64,000 nucleotides of DNA, from NCBI GenBank assembly GCA_963752475.1, contig CAVVYR010000007.1:160001-224000 (forward strand), in the 5' to 3' direction. This stretch comes from an uncultured Chloroflexia bacterium (GTDB taxonomy: Bacteria > Chloroflexota > Limnocylindria > Limnocylindrales > CSP1-4). The translations under genes and the position numbers were made by a program. Shown one piece after another: positions 20,739 to 30,108 of the stretch (within the stretch, counting starts at the first letter, position 1; every line of letters begins with the position of its first letter). Below the pieces are notes generated by a model. It saw only the letters and a program-made list of their open reading frames with translations, was not told the origin of the DNA and made no database searches.

Positions 20739-22568
20739 GTGTGTGGCATCGTCGGCTACGTCGGACATCAGCAAGCGGCCCCGGTGCTGCTCGAGGGCCT
20801 CGCGCGCCTCGAATACCGCGGCTACGACTCCGCGGGCATCGCGCTCTCGACACAGGACGGCGACCTCTTCATCCACAAGCGCGCGGGCAAGATCTCGGTC
20901 CTGCGCGAGTCGCTGGCCGACGGCACGCCCGCTGCGACGGCCGGCCTGGGACACACCCGCTGGGCCACGCACGGACGCCCCAACGACCTCAACGCTCACC
21001 CGCACATCGATTGCACCGGCGAGCTGACGGTCATCCACAACGGCATCATCGAGAACTTCATCGAACTGCGCGAGGAGCTCGAAGCCGCCGGCCACGTGCT
21101 CGATACCGAGACCGACACCGAAGCCATCGCGCACCTCGTGGAGGAGGCCTACGAGGGCGATCTCTCCGAGGCCGTGCGGGTCGCCCTGCAGCGGGCCCAT
21201 GGCGCCTATGCCCTGGCTGTCATCCACAAGGGCGAGCCCGATCGCGTGGTGGGGGCCAAGATGAATGTTCCCCTCATCGTGGGCCTCGGCACCGACGAGG
21301 CCTTCCTGGCCTCCGACGTGGCCGCCGTGCTGGCGCACACTCGTGACGTCATCTTCCTCGAGGAAGGGGACGTGGCCGACATCCGCCCGGGTTCGGTGGC
21401 CATCACCGACATCGTGGGCCGCGAACAGGAGCGCCCGCTCGCGCACATCGAGTGGGACATCGAGGACGCCGAGAAGGGCGGCTACGAGCACTACATGCTC
21501 AAGGAGATGCACGAGCAGCCGGAGGCCATCCGGGCCGCTGTCGCCGGGCGCATCCACGAGGACGAGGTGCGCGTGCCGGAGCTGGAGCCGCTGAAGCCGA
21601 TCCTGCCGTACATCGAACGCATCGAGCTCATCGCCTGCGGCTCGGCCGCCTACGCCGCGGCCGTGGCTGCCACCGCGCTGCAGGCCTGGACCGGCCTGCC
21701 CGCGCGCTGGAACGTGGGCTCCGAGTTCCGCTACGACCCGCCGCCGCTGGACCAGAAGACGCTGGTCATCGCGGTCACGCAGTCGGGCGAGACCGCCGAC
21801 ACGCTCGCGCCCACCCGCCTGGCACGTGAGAAGGGCTGCCCCGTCGTGGCCGTGACCAACACCGTCGGCTCGGCCATCACACGCGAGGCCGACGCGGTGC
21901 TCTTCCTGCAGGCCGGTCCCGAGATCGCGGTCGTGGCCACCAAGACCTACGTGACGCAGGTCGTGACGCTGCTACTGGTAGCGGCCCAGATGGCCAAGTC
22001 GCGCGGTCACCTCGACGAGCTCTACGAGAAGGCACTGGTAGAGGGGCTGCGCGCGCTGCCGGCCAACGCCGAGCGCACCATCGAGCTGAACGAGGCCATG
22101 GCCGGCGAGCTGGCCCGCCGGTACGCAGGCTCGCGTGGCTACATGTACGTCGGTCGTGGCATCACCTACCCCGCCGCGCTGGAGGGTGCGCTCAAGCTCA
22201 AGGAGGTCAGCTACGTCCACGCTGAGGGCTACGCGGCCGGCGAGCTGAAGCACGGACCCATCTCGCTGCTCGATGCGGAGGTGCCGTTGGTGGCGGTAGC
22301 CACGCGCACGGCCGTGCACGACAAGCTCGTGAGCAACCTCATGGAGGGTCGTGCCCGCGACGCCCGCGTCATCGCCGTCGTGACCGAGGGCGATGATCGC
22401 ATGAAGGCCGTGGCCGACGACATCATGTGGGTGCCACCGACGGTCGAGATGCTGAGCCCGGTCCTGGCCGTCATCCCACTCCAGCTGTTCGCCTATCACA
22501 CTGCCGTCGAGCGCGGCACCAACGTCGACCAGCCACGCAACCTGGCCAAGTCGGTGACGGTCGAGTGA
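20739..22568 (+). CDS. glmS: Glutamine--fructose-6-phosphate transaminase
   Basis: MCGIVG, LEYRGYDSAG, GHTRWATHG, PRNLAKSVTVE. Confidence 0.99.
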   Translation: MCGIVGYVGHQQAAPVLLEGLARLEYRGYDSAGIALSTQDGDLFIHKRAGKISVLRESLADGTPAATAGLGHTRWATHGRPNDLNAHPHIDCTGELTVIHNGIIENFIELREELEAAGHVLDTETDTEAIAHLVEEAYEGDLSEAVRVALQRAHGAYALAVIHKGEPDRVVGAKMNVPLIVGLGTDEAFLASDVAAVLAHTRDVIFLEEGDVADIRPGSVAITDIVGREQERPLAHIEWDIEDAEKGGYEHYMLKEMHEQPEAIRAAVAGRIHEDEVRVPELEPLKPILPYIERIELIACGSAAYAAAVAATALQAWTGLPARWNVGSEFRYDPPPLDQKTLVIAVTQSGETADTLAPTRLAREKGCPVVAVTNTVGSAITREADAVLFLQAGPEIAVVATKTYVTQVVTLLLVAAQMAKSRGHLDELYEKALVEGLRALPANAERTIELNEAMAGELARRYAGSRGYMYVGRGITYPAALEGALKLKEVSYVHAEGYAAGELKHGPISLLDAEVPLVAVATRTAVHDKLVSNLMEGRARDARVIAVVTEGDDRMKAVADDIMWVPPTVEMLSPVLAVIPLQLFAYHTAVERGTNVDQPRNLAKSVTVE

Positions 22569-23116
22569 CCGAGATCCCCACGCCGCCGCCTGGGGCCCAG
22601 GAGGTGGGCATCGACATCATCAAGGTCGAGCGCATCCGCAAGGCCATCGAGAAGCACGGACGGCGCTTCGCCAAGCGCGTACTGACCGACCACGAAGATG
22701 CCTACGTGCGCGATCGGCCGGAGAACTTCGCCGGTCGTTGGGCGGCCAAGGAGGCCGTCTCGAAGGTCCTCGGTCTGGGGGTGCGCGGCGTCGGCTGGCG
22801 CGAGATCGAGATCATCCGCCTGCCCACGGGTGCGCCGATGTGCCGCCTCCACGAGCGCGCCCTGCGCCGTGCCAACCAACTCGGCATGGAGCGCATCGCG
22901 GTCTCGATCAGCCATGAGCGCGAGTACGCCGTGGCCATCGCGTTCGGCATCCGTACGCAGGGTGGCGAGTTCGTCTTCCCGATCGACATGGAAGCGCGCA
23001 TGGACGACCGCGAGAAGCAGCTGATGGCGCGGATGCGCGACCTGCGCGACCTGCACGCGGAGGTCCAGGCTGCCGAGACCGAGGCGCGCGAGGGCGCCGA
23101 GCGGGAGGCCGAGTGA
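22565..23116 (+). CDS. acpS: Holo-ACP synthase with C-terminal extension
   Basis: GIDII...AGRWAAKEAVSK...SISHE; GTG 22565 overlaps the glmS stop. Confidence 0.92.
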   Translation: MTEIPTPPPGAQEVGIDIIKVERIRKAIEKHGRRFAKRVLTDHEDAYVRDRPENFAGRWAAKEAVSKVLGLGVRGVGWREIEIIRLPTGAPMCRLHERALRRANQLGMERIAVSISHEREYAVAIAFGIRTQGGEFVFPIDMEARMDDREKQLMARMRDLRDLHAEVQAAETEAREGAEREAE

Positions 23117-24045
23117 CCAGCAGCGACACTGCCCTCATCGACGAGGCCACCGCTGCCGGACTGCTGCCCGAGCGCGATCCGCGCGGCCACAAGGGCACCT
23201 TCGGGCGCGTCGTGGCCGTGGCCGGCTCGCTCGACTTCGCCGGCGCCGGACTCATGGCCGGTGCCGCCGCGCTGCGGGCCGGAAGCGGCCTGGTGACGTT
23301 GTGCGTGCCGGCCTCGCTGCAGGCCGTCATCGCCGGTCGCATGCCCGAGCTGATCACGCACGGCCTGACGGAGACCGCGCCATACGAGCTGGATCCGCAG
23401 GGAAGCCGCTGCCGAGATCGTGGAGTTGCCGCAGGATGCCCTGCTGCTGGGTCCGGGTCTGCCCCGACCCGAGCGAACGCCCGCTTGGTGACTCTGCTGC
23501 TGCGGGCCGACGGCGCTGCCGCGGTCGTCGATGCCGGCGCCCTGGCCGCCCTCGCGAACGCTCCCGGCTGGCCCGCCCGACTGGGTCGCCCGGTCGTGGT
23601 CACACCGCATCCGGGCGAGTTCGCCCGCCTCGGTCGGGAGGCCGGTGAGAGCGATGAGGCGCGTCGTGCCGCCGCCGTCGGGGCGGCGACCGAGTGGGGC
23701 GTGGTCCTGGTGCTGAAGGGCGCGCGCACCGTCATCGCCGCCCCGGACGGCCGCGAGCTGACCGCTGACTTCGAGGTCCCCGCCCTGGGTACCGCCGGCA
23801 GCGGCGATGTGCTGGCCGGGGTCATCACCTCTCTGCTGGGGCAGGGGTTGGCGCCCTTCGAGGCCGCCGCGCTCGGCGTCTACCTCCACGCCCGCGCCGG
23901 CGACGACATCAGCAGCCATCTCGGCGACGCTGGGCTCATGGCCACCGACCTGCTCACGGCCATCCCGCGCGTACGCCGCCACCTGACGTCGCTGCGCGAC
24001 GGCGACGGGCGGCTGGGCTTCGAGGCCCCCGGAGACCCATCGTGA
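23113..24045 (+). CDS. nnrD: ADP-dependent NAD(P)H-hydrate dehydratase (stand-alone); internal pair of compensating indels
   Basis: HKGTFG, VDAGAL, TPHPGEFARL, LKGART, TAGSGDVLAG. Confidence 0.92.
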   Translation: MTSSDTALIDEATAAGLLPERDPRGHKGTFGRVVAVAGSLDFAGAGLMAGAAALRAGSGLVTLCVPASLQAVIAGRMPELITHGLTETAPYELDPQGSRCRDRGVAAGCPAAGSGSAPTRANARLVTLLLRADGAAAVVDAGALAALANAPGWPARLGRPVVVTPHPGEFARLGREAGESDEARRAAAVGAATEWGVVLVLKGARTVIAAPDGRELTADFEVPALGTAGSGDVLAGVITSLLGQGLAPFEAAALGVYLHARAGDDISSHLGDAGLMATDLLTAIPRVRRHLTSLRDGDGRLGFEAPGDPS

Positions 24046-25196
24046 TCGACCGCCGCGGCGCCTGGCTGGACATCGACCTCGATGCCATCCACCACAACAT
24101 CGGGCTCATCCGCACGGTCGTAGGCGACGCCGCCGTAGCCCAGGTGGTCAAGGCCGAGGCCTACGGGCACGGCATGATCCCCGTCAGCCGGGCCATCGAG
24201 CAGGTGGTCGATGCGCTCTGCGTGGCCACGCTCGACGAGGCCATCGCGCTTCGGCCGCACGTCTCGAAGCGGATCATCATGCTCTACCCGGTGCCGCATC
24301 CGGCGGTGCCCGAGGCGCTCGAGCTGGAGGTCGAGCTGCCGGTCATGTCGGCCGCCGATCTCGAGGCCATCAGCGATGCCGTGCCCGAGGGACGTGCGCC
24401 AGTCCGCATCCATCTCGGCGTCGAGACCGGCATGGGCCGTGGCGGTCTGCAACCGGAGAACGTGGTCGCGGTCGCTGCAGCGGCGCACGCCGATCCACGC
24501 TTCGAGCTGGCCGGGCTCTGGTCCCATCTGCATAGCCCCGAGGATCCACCGACCTCGGACGGCCAGCTGCTGCGCTTCGACATCGCCGTCACGGCCTTGC
24601 GCGAGGCGCGCGTGCCGGTCCCCCCGCGACATGCCGCCGCCAGCGGCGGCATCTTCACCGGGGACGAGCCGGCGCTCGACTTCGTGCGCCCCGGCGTGGC
24701 CTCCTATGGCGTGCTCGACGACGGGCTGCCCATCGCACCCGACGCTCACGATGCGGCCACCCGGCTGCGCCCGGCGATGTCGCTCAAGGCCCGGCCCATC
24801 GCCTTCTCGCGCGTGCCCGAGGGGGGCACCGTGGGCTATGGCGGGACCTGGCAGGCGGAGCGGGCCTCTCGTATCGCGGTCCTGCCGGTGGGCTACGGCG
24901 ACGGCTACCTGCGCGGCAGCCAGCCGGGTGGACAGGTGCTCGTGCGGGGTCGCCGGCTGCCGCTCGTGGGGCGAGTCTCGATGGACGCGGTGACCGTCGA
25001 CGTCACCGATCTGCCTGGTCTTGACTACACGGAGGAGTTCGTCCTGTTGGGGGCTCAGGGGGACGAGACCATCACCGCTGGGGAACTGGCGCGCCGACGC
25101 AACACCATCGCCTGGGAGGTGCTTACGAGCATGGCTCAGAGACTAGCCCGGGTGTACCATCCTTCGGCCGGTACCGCTGGAGCGGATCGAGACTAA
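24042..25196 (+). CDS. alr: Alanine racemase
   Basis: VVKAEAYGHG (PLP lysine), ETGMGR, VGYGG, GRVSMD. Confidence 0.95.
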   Translation: MIDRRGAWLDIDLDAIHHNIGLIRTVVGDAAVAQVVKAEAYGHGMIPVSRAIEQVVDALCVATLDEAIALRPHVSKRIIMLYPVPHPAVPEALELEVELPVMSAADLEAISDAVPEGRAPVRIHLGVETGMGRGGLQPENVVAVAAAAHADPRFELAGLWSHLHSPEDPPTSDGQLLRFDIAVTALREARVPVPPRHAAASGGIFTGDEPALDFVRPGVASYGVLDDGLPIAPDAHDAATRLRPAMSLKARPIAFSRVPEGGTVGYGGTWQAERASRIAVLPVGYGDGYLRGSQPGGQVLVRGRRLPLVGRVSMDAVTVDVTDLPGLDYTEEFVLLGAQGDETITAGELARRRNTIAWEVLTSMAQRLARVYHPSAGTAGADRD

Positions 25197-25304
25197 GCCG
25201 GCACCGGTACGAAGCTGTGCGACCGGTCGCGAGGACCAGGGTAGAGAGGGACCCATCCCCGTCGCCGAGCCGGTTCGACATGTCTCGAGGAGGAGACAAC
25301 GGGT

Positions 25305-25622
25305 TTGCTACGACCGCCGGAGATGACCGAGCAGCTCACGGAGTCCCCAGACTTCCGCGGCTACGATGTCGACGATGTCGAAGTCGTCGCGCGCGAGATC
25401 ACGATGCGCGGCGCCGTCGTGCCCGCCGTGTTGTTCCTGGAGGCGAACCGGGGTGCTGGTTCGCTCGATGCACTGGGTATGCTCTTCTTCGACCCCGCCA
25501 TCCGCAGCATCTTCGGGGGTGGCGACCCGGGCGCCAGCAGCCTCCTCGCCGACGACTACAGCATCGAGCGCCTCATCGATCGCCTCGAGGAGCTCGACGT
25601 CGAGTTCGGTCGCGACGCCTAG
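25305..25622 (+). CDS. Small acidic hypothetical protein
   Basis: SD GGAGGAG before TTG 25305 (alternative ATG 25323); typical codon usage; VPAVLFLEANR core. Confidence 0.75.
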   Translation: MLRPPEMTEQLTESPDFRGYDVDDVEVVAREITMRGAVVPAVLFLEANRGAGSLDALGMLFFDPAIRSIFGGGDPGASSLLADDYSIERLIDRLEELDVEFGRDA

Positions 25623-25662
25623 GCGCAGGCCAGCTGCGCCGGTCCCGGCTACCATCTGACGC

Positions 25663-27288
25663 GTGACCCAGGAAACACCCGCCTTCTTCACGCTCGACCG
25701 CGGCACCGTCAGCACGACCGCGGCGCTCATCGCACCGGTCGAAGACCGCTACCGCATGGTCGCCGCCGCCGCGGCTCCGATCGCCGTGGACCCCGAGTCC
25801 GTGCTCGAGGATCTGGCCTGGCGCGTGGCTCGCACCGACGCCTCGGTGGCCGGCTCCATGGAGGGCTGGCGCGACTGGTCGCGACTCGAGGTCTTCACCG
25901 GTCGCCCGCCCCGGGCCGTGCTCCTGGCGGCATCGGAGGCTGCCGGTGAGCTGCTCGAGCGAGCCTTCGCCGGTGCAGGCTGGACCATCGCTGCTCGTTT
26001 CTTCGGTCCGAACCCGGACATCGTCGGCCTCGGCGAAGCCTGCCTCGACCTGGCCACGGATGCGGTGGTGATGGGTGGTCGCGAGGGCGCAGCCGAGGAA
26101 GAGCAGGCCAAGGCGCAGCAGCTGTGGCCCCGGGCCGCCTCGCTGGCCCGTTTCCGCGACGATCTCGCGGTCATCGCCTGCGGTCCCTTCGTGGACCGAC
26201 CCGAAGGCATCCCCGACGGCCGCCTCTTCTCGCTACCGGCGCCCGAGAACGTCCCCATCACATCCGAGTCCATGCTCCGCAGCGCCGCGCTGCAGGTCGG
26301 CCGGCACCTCGCCGATGGCGGTGCCTCGCCCGGGATCGATGCGCGGACCGCGTTACGCGCCTCGGTAGCCTCGCTCGCCTCCGTCCTCGGCACCACCGTC
26401 GACGGCATCGAGATCGGCGCGACGGCAGGTTCGCGCACGCTGGCCGGTCCGAGCGCTGAGCAGGGACATGCTGTCTTCGCCTCCGCCGGCATGCTCCCGC
26501 GTGAGCTGCTCGAGGACGAACAGGCCGGCGACGCGGTGCTGCGTTGGTGCACGCTCGGCGGCGGTGACCCTGCCGCCCGGCTTGATGGCCTGCGTGACAT
26601 GGCCCTGAACCCGTGGGCCGCAACGGGCACCGACGGCGCCCGCCTTCGCATGGCTGCCCTGCGTGGAGCCCTCGACCGGCTCGAGTCCACCTGGCACGGT
26701 GCCGATCCGGATCGAAGCGAGCGACGCGGTGCGGGGGTCATCGTCCTCGGCGGCGGTGCCTTCTCCGGTCTGCCTCCCGCGGCCGTGGCCCTGGCCGTCG
26801 TCGACGCCGTGCGACGCGCGGGCGCGGTGAGCCTGCTCCATGACCAAGCTGGCATCCTGGCGCCACTCGGCGCCCTACCCGTCGAGTCCGACCGCCAGCG
26901 GCTGCTCTCGGATCTCATGAGCGACGGCCTCCTGGCCCTCGGTAGCGCCATCGTCACCGGCACCATCCCCGAACGCAAGAAGGACAAGGCGCCCATGGCC
27001 CTGAGCATCGCCAGCATCCTCGGGGATCAGCGGCTGCGACTCGAACCCGGCCAGCTCCAGCTGGTCGACCTGCCGCCCGGCGTCACCGCCCGCATCGGCA
27101 TCGATGCCGATGACGACTCGTTCCTGGGTAGCGAAGGTGGCCCCATCACGATGGAGCTCAGTGGCGGTCTCGGTGGCCTCTTCGTGGACACGCGACCGAT
27201 CCCGCTGGAGCTGCCCTCCGGCGGTGAGGCGCGCCGTGCCGCGCTGGAGGCCTGGGAAGCGCCGACCTGGGTCGGGAGCGAACGATGA
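25663..27288 (+). CDS. Glutamate-mutase-L (GlmL/MutL)-like ASKHA-fold protein of unknown function
   Basis: Phosphate-1-like TLDRGTVST, phosphate-2-like IEIGAT, adenosine-like LGGGAF, C-terminal GGLGGLFVDTRPIPL; family recalled from memory, not searched. Confidence 0.65.
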   Translation: MTQETPAFFTLDRGTVSTTAALIAPVEDRYRMVAAAAAPIAVDPESVLEDLAWRVARTDASVAGSMEGWRDWSRLEVFTGRPPRAVLLAASEAAGELLERAFAGAGWTIAARFFGPNPDIVGLGEACLDLATDAVVMGGREGAAEEEQAKAQQLWPRAASLARFRDDLAVIACGPFVDRPEGIPDGRLFSLPAPENVPITSESMLRSAALQVGRHLADGGASPGIDARTALRASVASLASVLGTTVDGIEIGATAGSRTLAGPSAEQGHAVFASAGMLPRELLEDEQAGDAVLRWCTLGGGDPAARLDGLRDMALNPWAATGTDGARLRMAALRGALDRLESTWHGADPDRSERRGAGVIVLGGGAFSGLPPAAVALAVVDAVRRAGAVSLLHDQAGILAPLGALPVESDRQRLLSDLMSDGLLALGSAIVTGTIPERKKDKAPMALSIASILGDQRLRLEPGQLQLVDLPPGVTARIGIDADDDSFLGSEGGPITMELSGGLGGLFVDTRPIPLELPSGGEARRAALEAWEAPTWVGSER

Positions 27289-28361
27289 CCGAGCCCACGG
27301 TCGCGAACGAACCGTTCCAGCAGCCGGATCCCGCGCGCTTCGTGCCGCCGGCCGCCCGGCCCGCGACCGGACGCCTGCTGCGCATCCCGTTGCACCTCGC
27401 CGACCGGCCGCTGGTTGCACCTGGCCAGCCGGTGGAGCTGGGTCAGCCCATCATCGAGCACTTCCGAGAGCAGGAGGCGGTGGAGGTCGAGAGCAGTGCC
27501 GCCTTCATCGGTGTCCCGCCAGGGGCGGTACTGGACGATGTGCCCGCTGATTCATCGGGCCGCCTCGGCCGACGCTCGAGTGAGGGCACCTACCGCACGC
27601 GCGTCTGCGAGCACGGCCGTGACGGGATCACCCGCCTCGTGGCCGGATCGGCCGAGGTCGTGATCAGCGCTCCCGCGAGCGGCGTCATCGAGAGCGTCAC
27701 GCCCGGTCGCATCGAGCTGCGTGCGACGGGCCTGGCCGTCGATACGCGAGTCGGCTGGGGTCGCCCCACCACGGGTCGCATCCTCATGGCCGTCGATGCC
27801 CGTGACGCGGAGATCCAGACCTCGCGCATCGACATCGCCGCCGCCGGCGCCATCCTCGTGGTCGGCTCGCGCATCGACATCGAAGCCGTTTCGCGAGCGC
27901 GCGCCATCGGCGCGGCCGCCGTCATCTCGGGCGGCGTGGCCAGCCGTGACCTGCGCCAGCTGACCTCGTCGGAGGCTCGCCAATCGTCCGCCTTGCACGC
28001 GGCTGCACCCTTCGGGCTGGCGGCCATGGGCGGCTACGGTCGCGCCCCCATCCCATCACACCTGTGGGACCTGCTGGCAGCCGCCGACGGCCGACAGGCG
28101 GGTCTGCTGCCAGCGTCGAAGACGCTCATCATCGATGGCGACCCGGCGCCGTTGCTCGAGGCAGCCTCGCGGCCGGCCGGTACCGTGCGCGTCGTCAGCG
28201 GCGACCACCGGGATCACGAAGGTCGCCTCGTGGGCCTCTCCGGGCCCCGGCGCTGGGATGGCGGCGACTACGCCCCCGGTGGCTTCGTCGAGCTGCGCGG
28301 TGCTGGCGGTCAGCTCGAGCGCCACTGCGTGCCGCTGACCATCCTGGAGCGACTCGGCTAA
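27285..28361 (+). CDS. Hypothetical partner protein (barrel-sandwich-hybrid-like N-terminus, alpha/beta core, KOW/SH3-like C-terminus)
   Basis: ATGA overlap with upstream gene; LVAPGQPVELGQPI and SAPASGVIESV motifs; VRVVSGDHRDHEGRLV. Confidence 0.7.
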   Translation: MTEPTVANEPFQQPDPARFVPPAARPATGRLLRIPLHLADRPLVAPGQPVELGQPIIEHFREQEAVEVESSAAFIGVPPGAVLDDVPADSSGRLGRRSSEGTYRTRVCEHGRDGITRLVAGSAEVVISAPASGVIESVTPGRIELRATGLAVDTRVGWGRPTTGRILMAVDARDAEIQTSRIDIAAAGAILVVGSRIDIEAVSRARAIGAAAVISGGVASRDLRQLTSSEARQSSALHAAAPFGLAAMGGYGRAPIPSHLWDLLAAADGRQAGLLPASKTLIIDGDPAPLLEAASRPAGTVRVVSGDHRDHEGRLVGLSGPRRWDGGDYAPGGFVELRGAGGQLERHCVPLTILERLG

Positions 28362-28372
28362 CCTGCCCGCCG

Positions 28373-28873
28373 ATGACCGATCCCGATCTCCGACACCTCG
28401 CGCTAGGCGTGAGCACCGTCTCGACCCAGGACACGCGCGACTTCGCCGCCACCCTCGCCCCCTCGGCCCGAGCGGGTGATCGGCTCGCGCTGGTGGGCCC
28501 GCTGGGTGCGGGCAAGACGCAGTTCGCCAAGGGCTTCGCCCTCGGTCTCGGCATCGATGACGTCGTCAACAGCCCCAGCTTCACGCTGATGGCCGAGTAC
28601 GACGGACGCCTCACGCTCTTCCATCAGGACCTCTATCGGCTCGAAGGTGCCGACGAGGTGCTCGCGGGTGGTCTGCTCGATGAACGTCAGGACGATGGCG
28701 TCACGCTCAGCGAGTGGGCCGACCGGCTCGACGAAGGCCTCGATCCTGCGCGCCTGACCGTGACCATCGAGCCCACCGGTGCCGAGACCCGAGATATCGA
28801 GATCAGTGGTCACGGTGAGGTCGCGCGGCGCTACATCGAAGCGGCCCGAGCCTGGCGGGGGGCGATGGCATGA
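28373..28873 (+). CDS. tsaE: t6A biosynthesis ATPase TsaE
   Basis: GPLGAGKT, VNSPSFTL, HQDLYRL, EWA; start at ATG 28373. Confidence 0.96.
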   Translation: MTDPDLRHLALGVSTVSTQDTRDFAATLAPSARAGDRLALVGPLGAGKTQFAKGFALGLGIDDVVNSPSFTLMAEYDGRLTLFHQDLYRLEGADEVLAGGLLDERQDDGVTLSEWADRLDEGLDPARLTVTIEPTGAETRDIEISGHGEVARRYIEAARAWRGAMA

Positions 28874-29544
28874 CGGACGGACTCATCCTCGCGGTCGACA
28901 CCTCGACCCGTGCCAGCATCGTGGTGCTGGGAGCCGGGGAGCCGCTGGCGGTCAGCCGCCGCGACGTCCAGCATCGCCATGGCTCACATGTGCTCGAGCA
29001 GGTCGACGAGGTCCTCGAGGCGGCCGGCCGGCTGCTTGACGAGGTGGCCGTGCTGGCCGTGGGCACCGGCCCTGGCTCGTTCACTGGCCTGCGCGTGGGC
29101 TTGGCCACGGCCAAGACCATCGCCTATGCCCGAGGGCTGCCGCTCGTAGGCGTGATGTCGTCCGACGCCTTGCGCCTTGCGGCAACCGACGCGGGAGCGG
29201 CGTCCGATGCGGCCGTGGTGCTGCCAGCGGGCGCGCGAGACCACTACCTCGCCCGAGCCGGCGTCGACCCGGTGCTCATCGCACCTGGGTCCCTGGCTGA
29301 CGAGCTGGCCGGTGCGCCCGTGCTGGCGGTGGACATGGACGACGGACTGCTCGGCGGTGCGGCCGCACGCCTGGGTGCCGCGGCTGTCGAGGGCATGCCC
29401 GCAGCGCTGCTGCAGCTGGCCGCAGCCCGCGTGGCTGCGGGTCAGCTCGACGACGTCGCCGAGCTGACCCCGGCCTACGTGGCCCTGCCCCGAGGCGTGA
29501 AGCGCGCCGCAGAGGACCTGGGATGGTCGCCCGACCTCCGGTGA
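28870..29544 (+). CDS. tsaB: t6A biosynthesis protein TsaB
   Basis: LAVDTS, GPGSFTGLRVG. Confidence 0.96.
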   Translation: MTDGLILAVDTSTRASIVVLGAGEPLAVSRRDVQHRHGSHVLEQVDEVLEAAGRLLDEVAVLAVGTGPGSFTGLRVGLATAKTIAYARGLPLVGVMSSDALRLAATDAGAASDAAVVLPAGARDHYLARAGVDPVLIAPGSLADELAGAPVLAVDMDDGLLGGAAARLGAAAVEGMPAALLQLAAARVAAGQLDDVAELTPAYVALPRGVKRAAEDLGWSPDLR

Positions 29545-30108
29545 GGCTGACGGTCGCGGAGATGACCGCCCAGGACATCCCCGCCGTCCACGCCATCGAG
29601 AGCGCCTCGTTCCCCACGCCGTGGCCGCCCTATGCCTTCCGTCAGGAGCTGGAGACGAACCGTCTCGCTCGCTACATCGTGGTGCGCGCCGGGGCCCGTG
29701 TCATCGCCTATGCCGGCATCTGGCTCATGGTCGATGAGGCCCACGTGACCACGTTCGCGGTGCTGCCGGCGTATCGCCGGCGCGGCATCGGTGGGCTCCT
29801 GCTGGTCGAGCTGATGGAGCTCTCAGCCGACCTCGGTGCCGCCGTCTGCACCCTCGAGGTTCGGCTCAGCAATTCCGCCGCGCGCAAGCTCTACCAGGAG
29901 TTCGGCTTCAAGCCCGTGGGCGTTCGCCCGCGCTACTACACCGACAATGGCGAGGACGCCCTCATCATGACGACCGACCGCCTCTCCGAACCGGAGATGC
30001 AGCGGCTGGTGAACGACAAACGCCGTCGCTACGCCATCGACGTGTTGCCCGACGACCCGGGCTTCGCGCCCGATCCCGATCGATCCTCCGGAGGTGCTGG
30101 ACCAGTGA
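29523..30108 (+). CDS. rimI: Ribosomal-protein alanine N-acetyltransferase; reads in frame into tsaD as sequenced
   Basis: IESASFPTPW, YRRRGIG, LEVRLSN, RYYTDNGEDALIM; end assumes TGA 30106-08 after removing one C near 30070. Confidence 0.88.
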
